Both the position numbers and the translations under genes were made by a program. A stretch of 62,657 bases of DNA, counting the filler, from Sluysia triapertura (taxonomy: Eukaryota): NCBI GenBank assembly GCA_046118255.1. It is 5 parts of 5 records of this genome, joined end to end, with 100 filler letters (N's around TTAATTAATTAA, not from the genome) between each part and the next. Parts side by side here need not be neighbours in the genome. Positions count along the whole stretch, not along the records: positions 38,911 to 51,668 come from JBJNIA010083699.1; positions 51,769 to 62,657 come from JBJNIA010191963.1; 3 more parts are not named here. The stretch is one strand, 5' to 3'. This document shows positions 47,701 to 62,000 of the stretch, piece after piece (within the stretch, counting starts at the first letter, position 1; each line of letters starts with the position of its first letter). The notes beneath the pieces are model-generated. The model was not told where the DNA came from and ran no database searches. It saw only the letters and a list, made by a program, of their open reading frames with translations.

Positions 47701-50695
47701 TCCTATATTTATGTATAGCGTCTCCCATAACTTTTGTGAGGTGAGATAAATGGTAAGCAAGTCCTTTTAAGAGAGGCTTCATATATTAATGAAGCTACGG
47801 CTCCTGTGTCTATCAAAGCCGTAACTTCTCTTCCATTTATTCTTATATCAACCATTGATCTTTTTGCTCCATTGAAATTATTATTAGCTCAAATCACATA
47901 CACTACGTTTTGAGGGGGTGATATCGGAGAAGTAGAATATAATGGTTCCTTGGTTCCATCTTTTCCATCTACTGTGTTTTTGATTTTTCTATTTTTTGTG
48001 ATTTTGTATTTCTATATTCTCCACTTGTTGTCTTTCTTTCCTTAAGGTATTTATTTGCGAATTCGCATGATGATGTAGCAAATATTTTTCTAAAAATGGA
48101 AAACAACCAATTATTAACCTCCAAGTGAATCCTGAAATCTTATAAATCCCAACTACATACTTGGGAAATTATTATGCAGATACTGTTTAAACCTGAAAAA
48201 GCCTGAATAGGAAACTACCCAAAATGTGTCTTAGTGTATTTTATGCAGCCTTCTTAAAGTGATCCGGTCCTAACAATAATATAAAAGTTCCAATTCTGGT
48301 GCCAAATTTGTTAAATGTCTTTTCTTTTTTACTTAAATATGCAAATGTATAATAATGGGTTTCACGGTTTACTCTAGATGCAACGTTTGTCAATAAGAAT
48401 CAAAAGAAAAATATTACTTTCTCATGAGGATCTCTGCTATAATTAATACTTAATCATCAAAGAATTCTTTCAATCTAAATGTATACTCAATTATATTTTT
48501 AATATTCCTCTATAAGTTTATGTAAATTTATTTATTTCAAACTTTGTGGAAATTAAATTATTAACTCAGTAAAATTAATCAACAATTATTCAATCTTTTT
48601 AATTTTATCGGGCAGTTGTTAAAATTCTTTCTTTATTCAGTGCTGAACTATGTACTTTAATATTGAGTCTTCACCTTTCTACTTTCATTTCGCTATAAAT
48701 TTATCGGATTCAAATCTAGCAATAAAATCAACATCATCTATCTCATGATTGCAGCTTATCGCTATTACCTACCTTAGACTCTTCAATTTAATATTACTCT
48801 GATTAATTCCTCAAGCGCAAAATATTTAAAACGGGCTCGCGTACTGTCCACGTCTTATAGCAGGTGTGTTTGTTACCTTAACTCTTGCTTTAATCAAGAG
48901 TCAAAAGTGAAAATACGCAAATACAATAATTAATATTTTTAGAAAAGGTTTATGCATAGAAGTGAATGAAACACAAAAAAGCAAAATACAAATAAAATAA
49001 TTTAAATCAGAGACTTTGAATCTTAATAAATTTTAATAAGTTAAAAAAAGTATCTGTTGAAAATAATCAATAAATACAAGTAATATTAGAAAATTCGAAA
49101 ACTTAGATCACAAAATCCCGCAAAGAAGACTGTCTTTTATAATTAGTTTAATACTTCGTTTTTTGTATAATTTATTTATATTATTTGTTCAACAATATTA
49201 TATTATTTGTCTCTAATTCAATTCCGTTGTTGTCTTTTGACACACTGCCTTTGAAAACTTGTCATAATTATACGGTATTTTTGTACAAATTCACTGAGTA
49301 TTTATAGTCAGTTTATTTACCCAATCATTTTCTGTGAAATATTCTTCTTGAAATCAAAATTATTACACTTTCTTACGACTAATATTTTATATTTACAGCT
49401 TATTATCATTATTAATAATTTATAAATTATTATTTGAAGTTATTATCTCAATCCTAATACTGTATCATCACATTTGTAGGGAATTCATCACACAAAATTC
49501 AATAATGATAATTTAACAAAATGAATAATAATAATTATTAATAACACCAAACTATTTTTTTACTATAAAAGTATCGAGATTAGACATGTACTTTATCATA
49601 AATTCAATATGCAGAATTCAAAAGGAGAACGTCAATTGTTGTACCACTAAGGTTTTTAATAACTTTATTTATACCTTTTCTTTATTATACTTAAAGTTAA
49701 TATAATATTATACTTTGTTTCTGTTGTAAACTCGTTAATTGTTACAGGCATGAAGCCTATTTCTTTAGTAATTTTAAAATTAATACTTAATTCGTTTTTG
49801 ATTGTAAAGTTTTAATTAAATCGTTTAAAATAAATAAAATTGAATTAAGTTTAAGTAATTTTACGCCCTCACACAACATTCATTTATCTTGCCACACCGA
49901 AGGGTACGTCTACATCAATACTTTACGCACTACCAATTCTTCATTCTCAATTTTGATTCAATATCTACAGTAGCTCTTTTGTAATATGTTATCTTTACTT
50001 GGTCAATGTTACATTTATAATGTTCTCAATGTATATGCTAGCTATCTATTTGGTTCTAAAGTTGTTTTCTGGAAAACACTTTTAAAGGCTTTCTCCATAG
50101 GGTAACATTTTTTTCTAATTTGCTCCACACTTGATGAGCTATTCCATTTAAGAACATCGATATCTTATTAGCCAAATTTTTTAAAATTTATTTCTGTGAC
50201 AGTTTTGGCGGCTACCATCATAGATTTTAATAAATTTTAATAAACTTTCATAATGAAAATCAATTATAATTATAATTATAATAACAATAATAATAATAAT
50301 ATTAAATAAATAAAAATGTCTAATACGTTCCAGATTTAATACGATATCCTAGCCAGTCTTATGTGTTATTGTACATTTTATGAGGTAGTAATAGTCACAT
50401 TTAGCAGTCTATATTAATAGTTATTGCTGCACTAATCTCAAATCAATAATTCAAACTCTAAACTATTTTACTTATTTTCTAGGTAGAGCCTAATGGTAAG
50501 GCGGTGGGCATTGATCACATTGATGATTTAGTTTCAAAATCGATATCAAATTGTCAAAAATGTCCTGTTTCTAAGCGTCTTCTTGACAATGAAACGATCA
50601 AATTAGTTACTGGTGATGGACGTAAAGGTTTTGCTGAGATGAGTCCATATGATGGTATACATGTTGGTGCTGGAGCTGAAACTGTTCCATTAGAA
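41761..50695 (+). CDS. PCMT1: Protein-L-isoaspartate O-methyltransferase; exons 41761-41806, 41841-41977, 42045-42149, 50483-50695 (first and last exons not located)
   Basis: [21 protein letters not shown]|[23 protein letters not shown]|[21 protein letters not shown]; in-frame GT-AG junctions. Confidence 0.95.
44190..44936 (-). pseudogene. Homolog of accessory ORF Y
   Basis: Same relative position after the ORF X homolog; short colinear matches to 8310-9009. Confidence 0.35.
45030..45815 (-). pseudogene. Homolog of accessory ORF X
   Basis: [29 protein letters not shown]; LNKETF; [26 protein letters not shown]; EINLVHL..RYG, all colinear with 6347-7180. Confidence 0.8.
46660..47638 (-). mobile_element. 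Family C solo element/LTR (979 bp), 5-bp TSD CGTAT, inserted in the protease of copy 2
   Basis: TGTAATG...CACTATA termini; CGTAT at 46655-59 and 47639-43; removal restores LRVIRNY; internal GGCCTTAAGCC hairpins. Confidence 0.8.
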
Positions 50696-51874
50696 GTATA
50701 ATTAAATTTATTAAATATTTAATGTAGCAAATTTGTATTTATATTCTTCGAAAATATGATATAATTGTTGATCACGCTGAAAATTTAGTAGATGTGACAA
50801 CTTGAAACCATGCATTTTCGTATATCAATTGTTGAATTATAATTCCTTCGTAAAATATGGTTGCTTTTTTCCGGCGCAATATGGCATATTTCGATATGAT
50901 TCTAACAATTAATTCATAAATACGTTTGCGGTTAAAGTGATGAAAGATTACTGAAGTTTATTTATTTTGGAATACTCATTAATGAGTCATTTACTTTTGT
51001 CTGAACTAAATGTCCATTTACTTCAAATTTATACATAAAATTATACATAAACGTTAATGAATAATGATTTAATCGAAGTACCTTTCCTTAGTCTAAAGCA
51101 AAATATTAATGACATCTTATGAATGACATAAATTAGTGTTGAAATTATGATTTTTAAAAGAAGCTTAGATAGTGTTTGTTTACAAATATCGCAAGAATAT
51201 GTTTTGCCTTATATTAACTGTTAGTATTTTAGAGTGAATATGTTGGATTTTTTAATTATATCTTAATACATAAATTATCAATTTTAATAAAATGAAATTT
51301 TGAGCAACGCATGGGATGAAATTTTTTTAAATAAATATATCCTATGTTCATAATATTTTGACACTTTGCTAAAAATGCACTTAATTTAATAAGTAGATAA
51401 AAGAAAATAAAATTAGAAGGTAAGGAATGTAGGGTGTGTAACTCACCATATTCAATGAGCAAATAAATAAGATTATGGATTGAACTGGATGACTGTTGAA
51501 TGACAAAAATATGATTTTATTAAAATAGAATTGAAAAAATAGATATTAACACAAACAAAACAGTATAAACCCATTTATAATTGTAAGTATGGCCGGTGTT
51601 TATAGTAAAAATTTAAATTAAAATTATTAGAATTATTCATTAACTTAACATAAAACTTTAATATTTCGNNNNNNNNNNNNNNNNNNNNNNNNNNNNNNNN
51701 NNNNNNNNNNNNTTAATTAATTAANNNNNNNNNNNNNNNNNNNNNNNNNNNNNNNNNNNNNNNNNNNNTATAAGTGGAATCAAACACGAATTAAGACTAA
51801 ATACAAATGTAAAAGTACGAATAATTACAAGTGTTAAACCCAGTAAGAAAGTAAGAGTTTATATAATTAAATAC

Positions 51875-54247
51875 TAGAGCTGAAAAAATTAAAGATTATT
51901 TAATCGATTAATCTTTAATTTTTAATGATTAAAAGACTTTTTAAATTTTAAACATTTTAGATTATGAAACTAAAATATAAATAAATTTCAAATAGACAAA
52001 ATAAAAAGTATGGACAAATAAAAACATAATGGTTGCAAATATAAATTAATATCTGGTCGTCTGCATAATCATTTTGTATTTAAACTATTCAATGGTGGAT
52101 AAAGTTTATTGTGTTAAATCCGTTTCATGCCATTATTCAAATACCTCTTTAATTTATATTCAAAAACACCCATAATTATACCAAAGTTTTCAGAAGAGTA
52201 GTTCAACTACAAATAAAGCAGATATATCATCGTTTACTGCTAGGCAAACTGATATAACAGAATTCTGTCATACGTCTAACTGTGAAATAAATGCTAATTT
52301 GACAAATGATTTTAAGAACTCGTTGGCTAAATGGATAGCAAGTAGCGGAATGTCAATATCAAGAGTTGAAGATAAAGGACTTGAAAAAGTATTTCAAAGA
52401 GCTCTTCAAGATTCAGAATATTCACTATCTTCAAGACGCACTATTGATACAATATTAACAAATATGTAAAAACAAATTCAAGAAAAATAAAAGTTGAACT
52501 TAAAATCTCAGATATAATTGCTCTAACATCAGATTTCTGAAAATCTTTGAGAAATGAAAGCTACTATGGTATTAAAGGTCATTGGATTTCAAATGATTGG
52601 ATATTACAGAGTATTGTTCTTGAATGTGTAAATGTTGCGGAATGACACTTCGGATACTTCGAAAATATATTTAAATTTAACGAAAGAATGAGATATAACA
52701 GAAAAAATACACGCTATTGTAACGGACAATGAAAGAAATATTGTTTTGGGAGTTAAGAAAACAAGATATACTCGCATACCAAGTATATCCCTCACACTGC
52801 AACTTAGTATTTTGAATGGATTAGAAGCTTCAGATTGTAATGAATTATTTGCTAAATGCCTAAGTATTGTTGGACATTTTAAACATAATTCATTAAATAC
52901 TACAAATTACAAAGTTTGGGAGATATGGAGATGACATTACAAGATATTTCTACAAAATGGAACAGTACCTTTATTATGTTACAAAGTATTTTAGCAAACA
53001 AAGAATACTTTGTATGTATATTTAAAAAAAGAAAATAAATACAATGATCCTTTATTATCGGAAAATGAATGGAAAAAAATATCAAAATATATCGAAGTTC
53101 TGGATTTATTTTGCCAAGCTACCACATTACTTGGCGGAGAAGAATGTGTCTTGTAGTTGTGTTTTGCCATTATTAGAATTACTGACGAAATATCAGTCAT
53201 TGGGTGATGATCCAGGGTATATAATTAGATTTAAGACGATTTCAATTAAAGATTTCAAAGAATGTTTAATGGAAATGTCAGAAATTGAACTTTTACAAAT
53301 AGCAGCAGCACTTGATCTTCGATATAAAAGTTTAAAATGTGCATAAGATGATCAAAGAAAACAAGTATGTTTAGTTATAAAACAAAAGCTATTATGTAAG
53401 GCAAACATCGATGTCCCACTATCGAACTTATAAAACTCAATCGATCACATCAGTAAATCAAATCAAACTCATTGATTCCAATCTGAAGTAGATGTAAAAA
53501 AATTCATACGACGAAAATGATCGTTATATCTTAGAGAAAAAGGTACCAGAATCCACTAATCCATTAAAGAACATAGGTTTCCCAAATTATCCGGACTTGT
53601 TGAAACTGTTTTATGCATATATGATAGCTATGTAGTTAACAAGAACCGTTCTCCACTTGAGCTGCAGAACGTTAAAATACTTGTTTGTTTGAAAAATTGG
53701 ATATCAATGAAAGTAACAATTTATTACAACATATATAATAAATTAATATATGTTTTTAAGCCACATTGTTCATTGTTAATATACCGAAGATGACGGACTA
53801 TTTTAAAATAAACATAAAATCAAAAAAACAAATAAAAGGAATATTAGCTATAATTTAAATTTTACGGTGTTTAGAATTGTAAAATAACTTTATTGAAAAT
53901 TGTTTATATGAGTAATATGGAATGGATGTTTAAATTAGTTTTTTTATTTATTAATTTATTTGAATAAAATAATTTTATTAAAATTAATTGTCTTTATACC
54001 AAAAGCTCCTTTACATCGAATGTAAAATTTTTTTAAAGTTAAAGTTAATACAAATAACTGTCTCGTGTTTTAAAATATAGAAATTGAGATGTTTTAATAT
54101 ATTGTGTTAAAATTAAATATAAGTAAAAAGAACATGAACTATTTATTTTTCGAATTCTAACTGTGAATTAACTAAATTTAAAGATTAATTAATCTTGAAT
54201 TTTTTTAAAATCAACTTTATTGAAATTTTTAATCGTTTCCAACCTTA
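51875..54247 (+). mobile_element. hAT (Ac/ZBED1-like) DNA transposon with pseudogenised transposase (about 52030-53710)
   Basis: LAKWIA..VEDKGL..SRRTI; IALTSDF*; GHWIS.DW; AIVTDNERN; TLQLSI; IVGHFKHN; DISTKWNSTFIML; AAALDLRYK. Imperfect TIRs TAGAGCTGAAA / TTTCCAACCTTA; partial 8-bp TSD TTAAATAC/TTAAAAAT. Confidence 0.9.
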
Positions 54248-55784
54248 TTAAAAATAAACACAAAAGTATAAGATTAAATGTTGGAGACAAGCTAAGGAGA
54301 GAGAGATAACGTTGCGTATAAAAGAAAGATCAGATAGGTCAGTAGCGTTAAAATCGAAATAAACAAGTTAATTGCTTTAACCCAAATGCATAAAGAATAA
54401 CCACCTTCAGTCGGCTATTCCTGCCTGGAAGTCTAGCAAAATCCCTCTAATTCACAAAATAAAACATGATTTCCTAAAATGGTACTTTTACGTACAATCT
54501 ATACTTCAATTGTTCAATATATAATCGATAATATTTTTAAATGTTAACATAATTTACTTCGCATTTGAATATTTCGATCCATTATCTTTTTCCTGTACAC
54601 AGTTGAATTATAAATTAATTTTTAAAAAATTATTTTATGAAATAACCGATACTTCAAATACTTTTTGAGTATAAAAAATCTTGTCCATAAAGCTAAATCC
54701 GTTTTAGATAACACAATAATGAAATAATGCAAGATACAAATTTACCTTCTAAATTTGAAGTTTAGATTCAGATTAATAATTTAGATTCCTTAATTCCTGT
54801 AGTAAATCACATTAATATGTTAAGTCAAAATTTAAGCTATCTTAAAATATAAGTAAATATAACTGAAATTCTGATATAAATCATGGATCTGTATCAGAAC
54901 AAATTAAAATAGAAATTAATTTATTGACTCTTAATTTATCAATACATTCGTAAATGTATTTGTAAGCTTGTTGTATTTAAAATATCAATTTATTAATATT
55001 TTAATAAATTAATCAATTAATAAACAATTTCGAAAATTATGGTGTTACGAATCAAAATCGTAAACAAATTAAAGGGTTAAATGGTCTTTCGTCTTTGAAT
55101 TCATCAACGTATTACGTATTTTGTACAAGTATAATTATCTTTTCGCAAACAAGTCTTGTATTTTCTAATTTGTCGTAATTATTATAATAGTCGTAATTCA
55201 TTTTGTTATTTTCTATAGTAAATGGATTTCTTTGAGCAGGTTACTTTAAAATTATTTAATTTTATTATTATATTTGTTGAATTATTATTTTTTCATATTA
55301 AATTGCATAAGCAGGTGATTTTCTTTATTATTATTGTAATATATATAACTTTATTTTAAACATAATTACTTTTCACTTTTTGGTTTAACTTTGCTAAGTT
55401 GCACAAAATTATTTATTCTAGACTTCTTTAATTATAACATTGTTACTTTTTATCCATTTTATTACGATTATATGAATTATTGTAAATATTATGAACATTT
55501 ATCCTTTAAAATATATTAGGTAATTTGTATTTTGTTTACTTCCATCAATTTGTCATCAATTTATAATCACTCTCAAATAACTCAAATAACTTCAAAATAA
55601 ATTCAAACAATTTTTAATATAAAAATCTAAAATTTAATTTAAATATTTTTGAAAATTTATAATTTTAACTCAGGTATAATACTTGAGTGTAAAGTTTTTT
55701 ATGATTTTAAGTCTGATATTAACACAATTATATTAATGTGCAAAAAACTTAATATAAATAGCTTACTAATTTTCTACAATGATT

Positions 55785-55908
55785 AAATTGATCCTCTCTG
55801 AAAAAAAATGAATTTGATCGTTTCCAATAAAAATGAATCCAATAGTAAATCTATCCTTTTCAACAAAAATGAATTCTAATAGAAAATTGATCCTTTCCAA
55901 CAAAAAAT
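55785..55908. repeat. Degenerate tandem repeat, about 25-36 bp
   Basis: AAATTGATCCTTTCCAACAAAAATG-like units, four copies. Confidence 0.55.
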
Positions 55909-57699
55909 GTTTATTTCTATTTCGAATTGTTCGATGTAATGTCTAAGAGAATTGATAATATTTTATACACTAGGTGTTTTCCAAAAATGAACGACAATAG
56001 TTTTCCTCGTTAAAAAATTTAAAAATATACTTTTAACAATTGTGTTGTTATTAAAAATGTTCGGCTATTTATATTGGTAAATGATATACGTGTCATACAG
56101 ATTAAATTAAATGATTTAAATTTTTAAACGTGTTATAAATGCAGATAATTATAAGTTAAAAGATTTTTTAATGTTTTCATGTACCAAAATAAATTTTGTT
56201 TTTAAAATTTTTAATTTCAAAGTTTACAGACAAAAATTTTTTTGATATTTATAAAATATGTACTTGTTTTTTGATAATAATTATAGATAATATTTGTTAA
56301 TAAATGTACTTTTTGAAATAATTATAGATTATATTTGTTAATTAATATATTATAGATTATATTCGTTAATTAATATACTTTTCAAATTATCTACATCTTT
56401 AAAATGTTAAGAAATTAAAATCATGGTTGATATTAAAAATAAATTTGATACATTAATAATTGGCATTAAAAAGTTGAAGTAGAAATCAGAGTTGAATCAG
56501 AAATAGAAGTTGAATCAGAAATCTAGAACCCGTGAGTACATTATAAAGTATCTATAAACTTTATAACCATAGAAAAACCTTTAGACATAAAATAAAATTA
56601 AGTTAAAATAAATAAATAATTAATTAAAATCATAATTAGCTTAATTAAGAAAAATTACTTTTGTGTGAATAACTTTTGAATGCGGAATACTATGTTAAAA
56701 TTGTAACATTGTATGCTTGTGTTGTAAAGAGATCTTGTGATGAAAATAAGGCTTGACCGAGTTCATTCGAGGAAAGCCTTCATATTGAGCAAAATCGAAT
56801 TTTAATTAATTGTTAATTAAAAAATGTTGAATTTTTCATATTTAGAATGAGGAAAAGATAATGAATTGAATATGAAATGATTGCTATGAAAGAAAAGAAT
56901 CCGAAAATTAGGTTGAAATGTTTGTGAATTGGTTTGTTTGGGAATGCGAACCTTAAACATTTTCCATTAGAAAATTGAGAGTGATGAATTAAGAATTCAT
57001 TGAATTAATAAAGTTAAATTCATCATTAAAGTTGATAATAATAATTACTATTTTAATGTAAGAAGTAATTTATGAAAAAATTGATAGAATAGAGTAGAAG
57101 AAAAATAATGGTTGATTGTTAATCGAATTTTTATGTTCTTTTTAACAAGTCGTACCATGTAATTGTCAAAATTATTATGGTCGGTATAATCTTCAAGAGG
57201 TCTTGATGATTTATGAAAGAATAATTTCTGATTGTGAATTTTGGAATGATTGGATGACACAAAAATACAATCCCAACAGGTCTTTTGCTTGCAAATATAA
57301 ATCGCTCCAGGTAATTTGCAAGTATAAGTAATATTCTTTTAGCAATAAAAACACTTGTCCTTACAAAAACTTTTAACACAACATTTTAGATCGATCTGGA
57401 ATACAACACTTTAATTTTTAAATTTCATTGTTATCAAGTAAAAACAACAATTTACTAGCATTCTATAATACATCATATTTACTGTACTAGTGTTGTGTCT
57501 TTAAAATTTTTAATTATTAAAACTCTATTATTATTTTGATCAGTTTAAACCTTAATAATTTCAAATAGTTAGTATATCAAGTATAATTTTACCGTAATCT
57601 TCTTTTATAACTATATCAATACTATTATACTAAATTTAAATTTCTTGACAATCGAATCAGAACTAAAACAATAATGTACTATTAAATAAAAACAGAATT

Positions 57700-58025
57700 T
57701 ATGCTTATCAAGGTTTCAAGAATACTTAAAGGTTACTAAGGTCTTTAATGATTTAAAAGTTCTATGGTGTTCAAAGATACCTTAATGCTTCTAAAGATTT
57801 TTCAAGTCCATCTCAAGCTTCCATAAGATCTCAAACCCTTATATAGGTCTCTGGAACCTTAAGATATTCTTTAACTGTTAAGATTATTATAAATGTTTCT
57901 CTTTCATGATTCTTATTTCAACAATGTTTATAATACTTCATTTATTGCTTCTCATAAATTTTTCCTTCATTTGTAATCCTGTCTTTTACTCGTCTCCTAA
58001 TCCAAAGTTGGACAATCCCAACACT
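57700..58025 (-). pseudogene. Second copy of the gag zinc-knuckle remnant
   Basis: Direct repeat of about 960-1310. Confidence 0.5.
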
Positions 58026-58359
58026 AGTACGGTGTGAGACTAAAGCAAGTAAAATTTTGGTGTAAATCGGAGCTTGCATAATTCTTGCACCAATAAAATT
58101 AGTCCAATAATCAATTTGTTTCCATGATTAAGCGCACAAGGATTAATATATTACATAATTTTGCGATAGACGGCAATTTTAAAAGGAAATTAATAGATTC
58201 AATTTGCACTAAAAACAGTTTTCTATTAATGGGATGCGAAACAATATTTAAGTTGCTTACGGATTTTTATTCAAGAGATTTTTACGTTTTCTTCAGTTCA
58301 TCACATTCCTAATTAATAATATATTAAGTAGTAGAAATTGTTGATTATTTTTCAAAAAA

Positions 58360-59006
58360 AATATAATTAGAAATATAATTCAATAAAGTTTTAAAATAAT
58401 TGTAAATAAATTTTTTGAATAAAATAAATTCTACGAAAATGGGAAAATACTTTCAAAAATCTAAGTTTCGATTTATATTCCACGGACTTTATTATTTAAT
58501 TTCGATTATTTATTTCGGTTATTTATTATTAATTTATGACACTTATATTAAAAAATAAAAGATCTGAACTAATTTTGTTAATTTGAGATAATGAAACAAT
58601 ATCAACTAAAATTGTTTCTAGATAAATAATTTCTATGATACTTTATAAACAAAAGAATCTTTTAGTTTTCGTAATTCTTTAAACAATTCAATAGCAAATT
58701 TGAAACTAGAATTATCGTCTGATGTATTCGAATTAGTTCTTGAGAATGCTTTATGAACGTTTTCTGGAAATTTATACATTGTTGTTAAATCTGTTAATGA
58801 TGGTATATCCAATGTAACATTAAACTGAAAATAGAAAAAAAATCAATAAAATACAAAGTTACTTGATATGAAAACAAATAATCAAGTACATAATTGTAAA
58901 TTAGAAATATAATTAGAAATATAATTCAATAAAGTGTTAAAATAATTGTAAATAATTTTTTTGAATAAAATAAATTCTCCGAAAATGGGAAAATATTTTC
59001 AAAAAT
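58360..59006. repeat. About 100-bp direct repeats (58360-58460 and 58907-59006) flanking an exon-like segment
   Basis: Near-identical ATATAATTAGAAATATAATTCAATAAAG...GGGAAAATAYTTTCAAAAAT. Confidence 0.8.
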
Positions 59007-62000
59007 AACCATAAAGACAAGGAAAGTAATAAAAAACGAAGCACACTAGATTTAACCAGGAAAGGAGCTACAGATTGAACAAAAATACAATGAACATTAA
59101 TAAACAAATATTAACATTGGTTATAACATGGAGTGAAATTGCCCCTTATATAGAAGAAATCGACCATATAATTACAAAACCTACAGTTTTGTATAAAAAA
59201 CAAAAATAATCAAACAATCAAAATTATATAAAACAAATTATTTACCACCTTAAACTATCTACCACATTATTCACAATATTCACAACTTTTCAATATAAAC
59301 CTTAAATATTTTACAATTCATTTAATAACCTGCTGAACTTCACACAATTTCGGTTAAAATGAACAAGAACAACCTTTGAACATCTAAATACATCAGTCTT
59401 AATTAACGTAAATCAAAGCAAATACACGTCATAACACATATGCATTAGAAGAACATAATTTCTATAAACAAACCAATAGTGCTTTTAAAATCAACTCAAC
59501 TATGCAATTCACAATTTTTAATATATTTTGAAAAGTAACCTGAAATATTAAAAGTATGACAGAATAAAGGAAAAAATTCTTAGTTTCATTTCATTATTCT
59601 AAAAATAAATTAATACATAGTTAATATATTCACTTAACTATGTTTTCTTAAATTATTATTTTAGAAAGAATTTAAAAAGAATCACAGTGTTTTGATTTAT
59701 TGAGTTAATATGTTGATTGCACTTATAGTGAGTTATAATTGTGCGATATTGATTGCTTGTAACACTTCATTTATGTGCGATCAAATATGTATTTTGATTA
59801 CGCTTGTGTGATGCTAAAGATGTGTTGTTAGTTGTTAGATATAGCTCGAGTGAGACTTTATGATCGGCCTGTTTTGAGTGGCATTAAAAGAATAATCGTG
59901 ATTAGGATGGTAAGTATCAGGAGATGAAGGTTTCGAAAGTAAAGTAATTAGAACGCAAATAATCAATGCGTTTCGTAAATGTTATGTTATGAAGGAATTG
60001 TAAAACAATTTTAATGTTATAAATATAGCCAATAAAGTATAAAAGTATAAAAGCAATTTTAATCAATATTGTTTTAAATAATATTTAGCGAAAACTTAAC
60101 ATTTATTGAAGCTAGTTTTATTGCCATCGAATATTATAATAATTTCTTTTTAATTTTATTTCACTAATTTTTTTCTCATTTATTAAGCAAAGGCACATTG
60201 TGAAATAATGATTACAGGGTGAACTTCCCAAAACAATAAATACAAAAGATTTGTAAAATTTCACAATAACATGCACGCCAAAACTTATAATTAAAATTTG
60301 GCATTGTCTCCACATAAGAATGAAGGATCGTTTATTTTAGAATAAGTTCTGGACTTGCTCAATGGTTCCATGATCAAGTGTTTCTGGAATTATTTTCGTT
60401 TTGTATGTAGTTCCCATTATTTCTAACAGCAAAATCTACGTAACTGAAAATATTGTCTCCATTTCGTCGTTCTTTAGAATCATTACATTTAGCTGATTTA
60501 TATATTTTAAAAACGTGTAGTAACTGACAGAGTAGCTCTTTCGCTTCATTTTTTTCATTTGACTTAGACGTTTTAATGTCTTTTATAATCTTGTCTGTTT
60601 ATTTCTCTGATGACGTTTCTCTTTTGATTCATATCCTTGATACAATTTATATTGATTGCAATAGTTTAACACTTCGTGATCATTTCTTTGATCTGGTTAG
60701 TACTTTTCGTAATCATTGAAGATCTCTCGATTCTGCTTTTCACTTCATTAATGTGTTCTAATTTGAGCTATCTATTATGAATTATATTTACTTATATTTC
60801 TTATATTTAATTATATCTCTTACCTCATTTATTTGATTTATTTCTTTGTAATCGTTAACATTTCTTTGTAATCTTTTACTTCATTTATTGTATTTATTTC
60901 ATGTTTCTTGCAGTAGTGTCTTACGACACTTTACATAGTTTAATAAAAATTTCGCGTAAACATTTTAAAAAACATATATTAATTTATTAATAAAAGTATT
61001 AATTTCTGGTTTATATATACATAAATATAAATATCATAAATATAAAAATTAAATATCATTACAGAACGTCATAAATTTAGAAATTAAATATCATAATAAA
61101 AATCATAACATTATAATAGCATTCATTATACGCTGATAAAGAATTTTGACGGATACAAGAGTAACAAACCCTATTGCAAAGACTATACAGGAACAACAAG
61201 ATTTTATACTATTAATCAAAATTAATCCATCAAAAAGGACTTACAATATTAATGGAAAAACTGCCCATTAAAATAAAATTACCCATTTCTGGTTTGTAAT
61301 GTAGTTTCAAAAATAAAATTAGTTTTATAATTAGATCAATAAAATTGAAAATTGTGTAAGAGTGATTATATTTAAAAATTAACATATAGCTAATTTATAA
61401 CCATTTTTATTTTTTATGTATGTAAATAATTACATTTAATTTATATAATATAAATAAAAGTTTCCGATTTGTCTTTCTTTCATTTGTAAAGTTTTAAAAG
61501 GGGATTGAAAATAAAGCTTGTGAGGACAAAAAACTACAAGATGACATTGGTGGAAAGAAAAGTTTTAAAAAGAAAATGCTAAAGAATGATACATAAATAA
61601 AATCTAAAGGATAGGGAGTGACTAGAATTTGAGAAAATGAAATTTTTTAAAAACAAGATTTGGATATATAAAGATAGAGTTAAACCAATGAAATCTTAAC
61701 CGATATTTTAATTCTGCACTTCGTCTCGAACAAGTGAGATGAGTATAAGACTCAAGTTATTATTCATAATTACTCGATAGACAGATACATTATCATTAAG
61801 CAAAATACTTTGAGAGTTTGATATCGAGGAAATAAATTAAGGAATAATAGAGATCAAGAATAATACTGTACAATACTAACTAGAAATCTTCGTAGCGAAA
61901 AACTGTTAGAAAATAACTAACATTTAACAAAAGCATATATTTTAAAATAAGAGACTTATATTAAAGACTATAATTAAAGAACTCAACAAAATAATTAGAT

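Larger units (their letters stand above)
42560..48800 (-). mobile_element. Decayed element copy 2, antisense in the PCMT1 intron: gag - env - PR - start of RT - (deletion) - accessory ORFs; ends approximate
   Basis: gag-like [21 protein letters not shown] (about 48750-48450); env [30 protein letters not shown] (about 48290-48000); [14 protein letters not shown] (47820-47785); post-PR and RT-start homology to copy 1 at 46620-46075. Confidence 0.8.

Noticed and set aside
50205-50220. TGGTAGC (-) as a tRNA-iMet primer-binding site with a following gag-like peptide
   Set aside because: Only 7 nt match, no adjacent LTR CA end, and the peptide is too decayed.
50785-50815. Candidate next PCMT1 exon (CAACTTGAAACCA)
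   Set aside because: No in-frame LxxQLKPGG and no suitable splice acceptor.
61100-61950. Purine-rich coding-like remnant, possibly the env N-terminus
   Set aside because: No diagnostic motif could be recognised.
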